A stretch of 24,000 nucleotides of DNA. Source: Bacteroidales bacterium (GTDB taxonomy: Bacteria; Bacteroidota; Bacteroidia; Bacteroidales; Tenuifilaceae). Positions 10,359-16,472 of this stretch are shown here, in pieces. The stretch spans positions 69,327 through 93,326 of the forward strand of contig JACABB010000021.1 in assembly GCA_013376985.1 (NCBI GenBank), given 5' to 3'. Made by a program: the position numbers and the translations under genes. The stretch's first letter is position 1; each line of letters begins with the position of its first letter. The notes beneath the pieces are model-generated. The model was given only the letters and a program-made list of their open reading frames with translations. It did not search any database and was not told the origin of the DNA.

Positions 10359-10517
10359 AATTAACGCGAGTTCGATGTAAGTATAACATACTGATCCTAA
10401 GCATGGTGTTAGATTGTTACTTTGTCATGCTGAACGAAGTGAAGCATCTAGTCTTTAGGCGATTAGATCCTTCACTTCGCTCAGGATGACACCTTACATC
10501 GAACTCACGTTAATTAA
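10357..10517. repeat. 161-bp MITE-like hairpin repeat, copy 1 (left flank of peptide island)
   Basis: About 25-bp terminal inverted repeats: ttaattaacgcgagttcgatgtaag / cttacatcgaactcacgttaattaa. An internal hairpin is gtcatgctgaacgaagtgaagcatc...gatccttcacttcgctcaggatgac. About 85% identical by eye to 20158-20318, in the same orientation. Confidence 0.8.
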
Positions 10518-10523
10518 TTACAA

Positions 10524-10724
10524 TTAGGTACTTTGAAACAAAGTTTTGCCACAAGTACATGAACCGCCTGTACAAGCACCACCAGTGCAAGCACCGCCTG
10601 TGCAATCACCACCCCAACACAAACCACCACTGCAATCACCACCTTTAATTTCACCCATTTCTTTAGCGTCCATTAACTGTGATAAGTTCAAGCTTTCACT
10701 TACAAAATCTTGAAGTTTTTTCAT
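10524..10724 (-). CDS. RiPP precursor A1: 29-aa GG leader plus 37-aa Cys/Gly-rich core (7 Cys, CxGGx pentads)
   Basis: MKKLQDFVSESLNLSQLMDAKEMGEIKGG | DCSGGLCWGGDCTGGACTGGACTGGSCTCGKTLFQST. It has a double-glycine leader, lies next to an rSAM/SPASM gene and shares a cluster with a C39-ABC exporter. Confidence 0.85.
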   Translation of the reverse strand: MKKLQDFVSESLNLSQLMDAKEMGEIKGGDCSGGLCWGGDCTGGACTGGACTGGSCTCGKTLFQST

Positions 10725-10750
10725 GATTAAAACATATTAAATTTATTTTT

Positions 10751-10810
10751 ACAGTAACCATTACCCATTACTGCTTGGATTTTCCTGAATCGAGGCACAG
10801 GAGAGCCATA
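10751..10810 (-). promoter_or_regulatory. conserved 5' leader element, copy 1 (upstream of precursor A1)
   Basis: About 60 nt, starting 26 nt upstream of the ATG and shared with three other precursors. It contains a CAGUAAU-GGGUAAUG-GUUACUG hairpin on the minus strand. Confidence 0.7.
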
Positions 10811-10852
10811 GAGTATGAAAATATTGATAGATATTAACTTCCTGAGAAAATA

Positions 10853-12376
10853 TTAAATTATTGGATTAATAAATGCTGGTGCTTTTTTGCAGCGAGGATC
10901 AGGGTAATCCCAATTTTCGTCGCCATATACTTTTAGCACATCTGCCCAACATTTGTTTGGATATTTATTGTAGCATTCATCTAGTAGTTCACAATTTTTG
11001 CAGGGGCTTTCATCCCTAAAATCATCTTTGGTAAAATTAACCCATTTCAGGGCTGCTGGGGAATTCCATATCTCTTCAATTGAATTTTCGAGGATGTTTC
11101 CGATAATAAACTTGTTTTTCCAGTACATCTGTTCGCAGATTGTCACATTTCCATCCGGTAGAATGTAAATATGCGAGCGATTTGCAGAGCAGGATGCTCC
11201 TGGAAAAGATTTACTTCCTTGTTCTGCAGTAAAAAATCCTCTATTAATGTAGGATTTATCGATCCCAATTTTAAGTGTATTTAGTTTATTCAACTCATCG
11301 AGATATATGAAAGCATCATCCCTACTTTGTTTGTCGAGTTTTATTTTTTCAAATTCGTTCGAAGTGTACAGCGAGCGATATGCAATGCGAACCTGCCACT
11401 CTTTAATTCTTTTCAAAGTTGACAAATAGTTGTACATCTCGCTTAGTTCTTCTTTGCCAGAATTTAAATTTGTTAGTACGCTGATTACATGGTAGGGTAG
11501 TTCATATTTATCCATCAACTCCAAGGTGTGCTTCATTTTATCGATATAACTTTTTTGTACACCTAGTAGTTGGTTTATTTTTTCCTTTGTTATTAAGTCG
11601 AAGGATATTTGGAAAGTTAAATTTGGGAATTGCTTCAATTTTTTAATATCATTTTCATTGATTGGAATTTTTGTGGATATTAAATTTCTATCGTAACCAG
11701 AGTTACTTAATTCACATAACAACTCGTACCATCTATTGTATAGGAAAAATTCCCCTCCTCCAAGATTTATATTTTTAATTCTTAGTTTTTTAGATTCACT
11801 AATAATTTCTTTAATTCTACTAAAGGGAATTGAACATATAATGTTTTTTTCTCTATCTGCATAACAATATAAACAGTTTGTAACGCATTGATTAGTTAAC
11901 ATAACTGTAATTGAAGAAGGGCAGTGGAATAATCTTTGTGTTTCAAAATCAAGTTCTTGAAAAACGAAATCTTCTGGCTTGTATTCATAATTAATTTTTA
12001 ATTTTTCGGAGTATTCTATTATTATTTTTTTCGGAAAACTAAAAACTACCCCATCATATTCAGTATGGATTATCTCCTCATTTTCAATATAAGGACTTAT
12101 AATCTTTTCTGCTTCAAGTTTACTTAGATCAAGAAATTCACTCAAATTTTCTAAAGCCTGCTCTAGGGTTGTGGGAGTGGAGAAAAAAGAAAGGAGCATT
12201 GCTTGAATAGGGTGGATTATAGAAAACCACCCTTTACTTGATGTTTCACATTGATTTATACTATTATATGTAATTAACGTTCGTTTAATATCATTTTTAT
12301 AATTATAATCTGGATTTAAAACATATTTTTTACCCATATAATTTCTGAAATTATTTTGTGAATAAGATCCTCGCAT
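10853..12376 (-). CDS. radical SAM / SPASM-domain peptide maturase, paralog 1
   Basis: CX3CX2C cluster in TNQCVTNCLYCYAD and GGGE SAM-binding motif (NLGGGEFFLY). A C-terminal Cys-rich SPASM-like region reads GASCSANR...ICEQ...CKNCELLDECYNKYPNKCW...DPRCKK. An N-terminal extension of about 150 aa is compatible with a peptide-recognition (RRE/PqqD-like) domain. An alternative start lies at 12337 (MGKKYVLNPDY). Confidence 0.9.
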   Translation of the reverse strand: MRGSYSQNNFRNYMGKKYVLNPDYNYKNDIKRTLITYNSINQCETSSKGWFSIIHPIQAMLLSFFSTPTTLEQALENLSEFLDLSKLEAEKIISPYIENEEIIHTEYDGVVFSFPKKIIIEYSEKLKINYEYKPEDFVFQELDFETQRLFHCPSSITVMLTNQCVTNCLYCYADREKNIICSIPFSRIKEIISESKKLRIKNINLGGGEFFLYNRWYELLCELSNSGYDRNLISTKIPINENDIKKLKQFPNLTFQISFDLITKEKINQLLGVQKSYIDKMKHTLELMDKYELPYHVISVLTNLNSGKEELSEMYNYLSTLKRIKEWQVRIAYRSLYTSNEFEKIKLDKQSRDDAFIYLDELNKLNTLKIGIDKSYINRGFFTAEQGSKSFPGASCSANRSHIYILPDGNVTICEQMYWKNKFIIGNILENSIEEIWNSPAALKWVNFTKDDFRDESPCKNCELLDECYNKYPNKCWADVLKVYGDENWDYPDPRCKKAPAFINPII

Positions 12377-12434
12377 TAGAAAGTCTTTGAGTTATTTAAA
12401 TTCCTAATCATTTAATAACTATTTTGAAATAAAA

Positions 12435-12467
12435 CTATTCCATACATTGAATTGTTGTATGGAATAG
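12435..12467 (-). terminator. stem-loop between precursor B and rSAM paralog 1 (terminator/attenuator)
   Basis: Perfect 12-bp stem ctattccataca / tgtatggaatag with a 9-nt loop, followed on the minus strand by UUUUAUUU. Confidence 0.65.
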
Positions 12468-12497
12468 CAATTTAGATGACAGTGAGATTGTTTGTTA

Positions 12498-12674
12498 TTA
12501 AATAATTCCACCTTCACATAAACCACCTGCACATATACCACCTTCGCAATAAACTCTGATTGTATCTTTACAATCCACAACTATTTTACCACCTGTGATT
12601 TCATCTAACTCTTTTGATTCCATTAAACTTGAAACATCAAGTTTTAATTTTGATAAATCTTTTAATTTTTTCAT
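12498..12674 (-). CDS. RiPP precursor B, absent from ORF track: 29-aa GG leader plus 29-aa core (4 Cys)
   Basis: Hand translation of the minus strand from ATG 12674 to TAA 12498 gives MKKLKDLSKLKLDVSSLMESKELDEITGG | KIVVDCKDTIRVYCEGGICAGGLCEGGII. At 58 aa it falls below the length of every ORF listed in the track. It is preceded by the conserved leader element. Confidence 0.78.
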   Translation of the reverse strand: MKKLKDLSKLKLDVSSLMESKELDEITGGKIVVDCKDTIRVYCEGGICAGGLCEGGII

Positions 12675-12699
12675 AAATAAGTTTTATTTAATTTGTTTT

Positions 12700-12757
12700 C
12701 AGTAACCTTTCCCCATTACTGTTTGGGGTTTCCTGATTTGAGGCGCAGGAGAGCCTT
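12700..12757 (-). promoter_or_regulatory. conserved 5' leader element, copy 2 (upstream of precursor B)
   Basis: Minus-strand sequence: UUAAGGCUCUCCUGCGCCUCAAAUCAGGAAACCCCAAACAGUAAUGGGGAAAGGUUACUG, 25 nt before the ATG. Confidence 0.7.
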
Positions 12758-12800
12758 AAAGTATATAAATATTGATAAATGTTCATTTTTTGACTAAATG

Positions 12801-14291
12801 CTAAATTATTGGATTAATAAATGCTGGTGCTTTTTTGCAGCGAGGATCAGGGTAATCCCAATTTTCGTCGCCATATACTTTTAGAACATCTGCCCAACAT
12901 TTATTTGGATATTTATTGTAGCATTCATCAAGTAGTTCGCAGTTTTTACAAGCACTTTCATCTCTGAAATCTTCTTTTTTCATATTTACCCATTTTAATG
13001 AGGCTGCTGAGTTCCATACTTCCTCGATTGAATTCTCAAGTATGTTACCAATGATAAACCTTTTTTTCCAGTACATTTGTTCGCAAATTGTTACATTCCC
13101 TTCGGGGAGAATATACATATGCGAACGATTTGCTGAGCATGATGAACCTAAAAATGATTTACTGCCATTCTCCGCTGTAAAATATCCTTTTTCAATAACA
13201 GATTTATCAATTGAAACTTTCAAGGTTTTAAGATTATTTAATTCCTCTAAATGCGCAAATACGTCTTGCCTGTCCTGTTCTTGAAGTTTTATACTTTCAA
13301 ATTCTGTAGAGCTATATAATGATCGATAGGCGATACGAGCCTGCCATTCTTTAATGTTTTTTAGCGTTGATAAATAGCTATGCATTTCGGTTAACTCTTC
13401 TTTGTTAGAGTTTAAGTTGGTGAGTACGCTTATTACATGATAAGAAAGACCATGCTTATCCATCAATTCCAAAGTGTGCTTCATCTTTTCAACATAACTC
13501 CCAGGTACATCCAATATCTTATTTATTTTTTGTTCTGAGAGAGAATCAAATGAGAATTGGTAGGTTAGATAAGGGAATTGTTTAAGTTTAATTATATCAT
13601 TTTCGCTTATGGGTACTTTTGTTGAAATAAAATTTTTATAAAATCCATACTTATACAACTCTGATAATAATTCGTACCAATTTTTATATAAAAAGAATTC
13701 ACCTCCACCAATCTGAATACTTTTAATTTTTAAATTTTTGGCTTCTTTAATTAATTCCTTTATTCGTTCGAACGGAATTGTGCATGTTACCTCTTGGCTT
13801 TTATCCGCATAGCAGTATATGCAATTTGTTACGCAGCGATTGGTTACCATAATGGTTATTACGGCGGGACTCTGGTTTAATCTTACCGAATCAAAATCCA
13901 ACTCTTTATAAACAAATTCATCAGGTTTGTAAGTATATAAAATCTTTAAATTTTCGTGATATTTAATAATGATTTGTTTTGGAAACTTGAAGTTATGTCC
14001 ATTATATTCGGTGAAAATAGCCTCTTTATTCTCTATAAAAGGTTTAATTATATTGAGAGTTTCCTCTTTACTTAAACTCAAAAATTCGCTCAAATCTTCA
14101 ACCGCTTTGTCAATACTAATAGGGTTAGAGAAAAATGAGAGAATCATTGCTTGAACAGGGTGAATAACGGATACCCACTCTGTATTGGTTTGCTCACATT
14201 GAGCATCTGAATTTGCAATGATTATACTTCTTTTTATGTCATTTTTGAAGTTATAATCTGGATTTAAAACATAAAGATCCTCGCTTATCAT
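12801..14291 (-). CDS. radical SAM / SPASM-domain peptide maturase, paralog 2
   Basis: Same architecture as paralog 1: TNRCVTNCIYCYAD, IGGGEFFLY and a SPASM-like Cys-rich C-terminus. The last 49 aa are identical to paralog 1. Confidence 0.9.
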   Translation of the reverse strand: MISEDLYVLNPDYNFKNDIKRSIIIANSDAQCEQTNTEWVSVIHPVQAMILSFFSNPISIDKAVEDLSEFLSLSKEETLNIIKPFIENKEAIFTEYNGHNFKFPKQIIIKYHENLKILYTYKPDEFVYKELDFDSVRLNQSPAVITIMVTNRCVTNCIYCYADKSQEVTCTIPFERIKELIKEAKNLKIKSIQIGGGEFFLYKNWYELLSELYKYGFYKNFISTKVPISENDIIKLKQFPYLTYQFSFDSLSEQKINKILDVPGSYVEKMKHTLELMDKHGLSYHVISVLTNLNSNKEELTEMHSYLSTLKNIKEWQARIAYRSLYSSTEFESIKLQEQDRQDVFAHLEELNNLKTLKVSIDKSVIEKGYFTAENGSKSFLGSSCSANRSHMYILPEGNVTICEQMYWKKRFIIGNILENSIEEVWNSAASLKWVNMKKEDFRDESACKNCELLDECYNKYPNKCWADVLKVYGDENWDYPDPRCKKAPAFINPII

Positions 14292-14370
14292 AAGTAGATT
14301 TATTAAAATAAATGTTGAAATAAAGAAGTTGATTATAAAAGTTTTAAAACAATTTGAAAAAAATAATAAA

Positions 14371-14402
14371 ACAATCCTATCCCTTGAAAGGAATAGGATT
14401 GT
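14371..14402 (-). terminator. stem-loop between precursor A2 and rSAM paralog 2 (terminator/attenuator)
   Basis: acaatcctat...ataggattgt forms a 10-bp stem, extendable with one bulge. On the minus strand it is followed by UUUAUUAUUUUUUU. Confidence 0.7.
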
Positions 14403-14425
14403 CTAATAACGATATCCAACAATGA

Positions 14426-14653
14426 TTAGTTGGCCATCTCTTCTTCGGCAAAAGTATTCTTGCCAAGAGTGCATTCGCCGCATGTGCATGAACCACATGT
14501 GCATGAACCACCTGTGCATGCACCACCTGTACAATCACCCCCCCAGCACAAACCACCACTACAATCACCACCTTTAATTTCGCTCATTTCTTTAGCGTTC
14601 ATTAACTGTGATAAGTTCAAGTCTTCGCTTACAAAATCTTGAAGTTTTTTCAT
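14426..14653 (-). CDS. RiPP precursor A2: 29-aa GG leader plus 46-aa Cys/Gly-rich core (9 Cys)
   Basis: MKKLQDFVSEDLNLSQLMNAKEMSEIKGG | DCSGGLCWGGDCTGGACTGGSCTCGSCTCGECTLGKNTFAEEEMAN. The leader is near-identical to A1. Confidence 0.85.
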   Translation of the reverse strand: MKKLQDFVSEDLNLSQLMNAKEMSEIKGGDCSGGLCWGGDCTGGACTGGSCTCGSCTCGECTLGKNTFAEEEMAN

Positions 14654-14678
14654 GGTTAAAACAGATTAATTTTTTTTT

Positions 14679-14738
14679 ACAGTAACCTTTCCCCATTACT
14701 GTTTGGAGTTTCCTGATTCGAGGCGCAGGAGAGCCTTA
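14679..14738 (-). promoter_or_regulatory. conserved 5' leader element, copy 3 (upstream of precursor A2)
   Basis: Minus-strand sequence: CUAAGGCUCUCCUGCGCCUCGAAUCAGGAAACUCCAAACAGUAAUGGGGAAAGGUUACUGU. Confidence 0.7.
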
Positions 14739-15343
14739 GATTATCCTGTAAAATATTATAGGGCTTTTGTTTTTTGCGCTAATAATTCTAATAATAGAAT
14801 TTAGAGCATGCAGTCCATGAAAATTTTTAGAGTTAGTTCAAGTATTAAATGTAAATGTTTTATATTCTGTTGCATTTTACCCTTTGATCATATTATTAAG
14901 AGTAAAACTAGTTGTGATTATTCAATAAACATCAATCATTCAAGGAACAGACAATGCCGTGATTTTTTAAACAAGTGTTTTTACACAGCAAGGCACTTAT
15001 ATTCACAGGTATTAAAAATAAAAATATAAAAAAATATTTGATAAATAAAAAAATAGTACAACTTAAATGGTTACTAAAATGTAAACGATATATACATTAT
15101 CGTGCATATGTCATTTACATTTTCTAAGTATAGGAAATTTCTATAATATTGATTTTTAAAAAATGTAGTTGTGATTTTTTATTTTCTTTAAAAGAGTTTA
15201 TTTAGCGGGTGTTAATCATATAAATTAGTTTTTTAAAATCAATAAATCTCCATTTTAAATTTTTATATACAGTTTAGATATTCATTGTTTAATCTGATAT
15301 TCAATGGATTTTTTATTCAAAAAAATATTTTAAGGACGATTAG

Positions 15344-15369
15344 CTACCCTGTCAATTTTGACAGGGTAG
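15344..15369 (-). terminator. perfect hairpin downstream of precursor C
   Basis: ctaccctgtcaa tt ttgacagggtag is a 12-bp palindrome. A T-run on the minus strand begins only about 15-20 nt later, so terminator function is uncertain. Confidence 0.45.
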
Positions 15370-15533
15370 AAAAACTAACTCAAAAAATTTTATTTTGTAT
15401 CCAAAGGAAAAATGAATTGAAGTCAAATAATGTTAAAGGACTTATTTCTTAAGAACTCCTATTTATGAATAAATAATTAAAACAAATATTAGAATTATTT
15501 AGATAAGGAATTTCCTTTGGGTATGAGGGATTA

Positions 15534-15743
15534 TTACCAAACAAAACGACCAAGACCATCTGTACACATTCCACCAACACAGCCCCAGAAACCATTATGA
15601 CAGTCATTAACATCTGTTGTTAATCCCTGATAGCATGAAAAAAATCCATTCTCACATCCACCTTGAATGTCTCTCATCTCCTTAGCATTCATTAATTGTG
15701 ATAAGTCCAAATTTTCACTTGTAAAATCTTTAAGTTTTTTCAT
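15534..15743 (-). CDS. RiPP precursor C: 29-aa GG leader plus 40-aa aromatic/Cys core (5 Cys)
   Basis: MKKLKDFTSENLDLSQLMNAKEMRDIQGG | CENGFFSCYQGLTTDVNDCHNGFWGCVGGMCTDGLGRFVW. It has the same leader family and the same upstream element but a different core. Confidence 0.8.
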   Translation of the reverse strand: MKKLKDFTSENLDLSQLMNAKEMRDIQGGCENGFFSCYQGLTTDVNDCHNGFWGCVGGMCTDGLGRFVW

Positions 15744-15769
15744 AAGTAAATCATATTAAATTTAGTTTT

Positions 15770-15829
15770 ACAGTAACCTTTCCCCGTTACTGTTTGGGGT
15801 TTCCTGATTTAAGGTACAGGTGAACCTTA
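15770..15829 (-). promoter_or_regulatory. conserved 5' leader element, copy 4 (upstream of precursor C)
   Basis: Minus-strand sequence: CUAAGGUUCACCUGUACCUUAAAUCAGGAAACCCCAAACAGUAACGGGGAAAGGUUACUGU. Confidence 0.7.
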
Positions 15830-16472
15830 GAGGATGCCGTAAAATTTTATTGAACATTTACTTTATGTGTTAACTATTACAATTTATTATGCAAACATAT
15901 GTAATAAGTTGCATGTCAATATGTAAAATATTGATTTAAATATATGTATATAAGCGTTTTGTGATTTTTTATAAATTTCGGTTTTAAAACAACTTCTAAT
16001 CATAAATTAATACCATGTAAAATAATGATTATGTTTTTTTAGTGAAATGTAATTCGCAACTATTCTATAAACTGAGTTATTCAATGAACAAGTGAAAATG
16101 GAGGATTGATGAAGATTTTTTTCAATCAATAAGTATTTTATTATACAGTAAAGCGCTCATTTTGTTAAAAATAAATATAAAAGTATAAAATATTTATGAT
16201 AAGTAAAATATGTAATGTGGCAAAAAGTAGCATAATTTATGTGATTTTCGAAATATGAATTATATATACGCAATAATATATGTGTAATTTGTATTTAATT
16301 GGCGTAGGCAATGTCTATAATATTGATTTTTAAAAGATGAGGTTATGAGACGATTTTAATATTTGGTATTTTAGCCTTGATTATTATCAATGATTAAAAT
16401 AATTCATATACATTGATTTTATCGATTTTGAAACTATCCTTCGTTTATTAATCTTGGATATAACACTTCTTT

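Noticed and set aside
14377-14642. Two overlapping ORFs (14430-14642 plus strand; 14377-14571 minus strand) with striking His/Pro/Val repeats (HVHEPHVHEPPVHAPPVQSPP; VVHAQVVHAHVVHAHA)
   Set aside because: They are the antisense and an alternative frame of the Cys/Gly pentad-repeat core of precursor A2. Their periodicity simply mirrors the 15-nt DNA repeat. Only the A2 frame has the conserved GG leader, the upstream element and a paralog (A1).
10524-14653. Lanthipeptide interpretation of the Cys/Thr/Ser-rich cores
   Set aside because: No LanB/LanC, LanM, LanKC or LanL-like dehydratase/cyclase is encoded in the window. The only candidate tailoring enzymes are the two rSAM/SPASM proteins.
14808-15029. 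73-aa plus-strand ORF with several Cys residues in the AT-rich spacer
   Set aside because: It is on the opposite strand to the island and has low-complexity, AT-driven codon content (many K, I, F, N, S). It has no GG leader and no conserved upstream element. It is probably spurious, though expression cannot be excluded without data.
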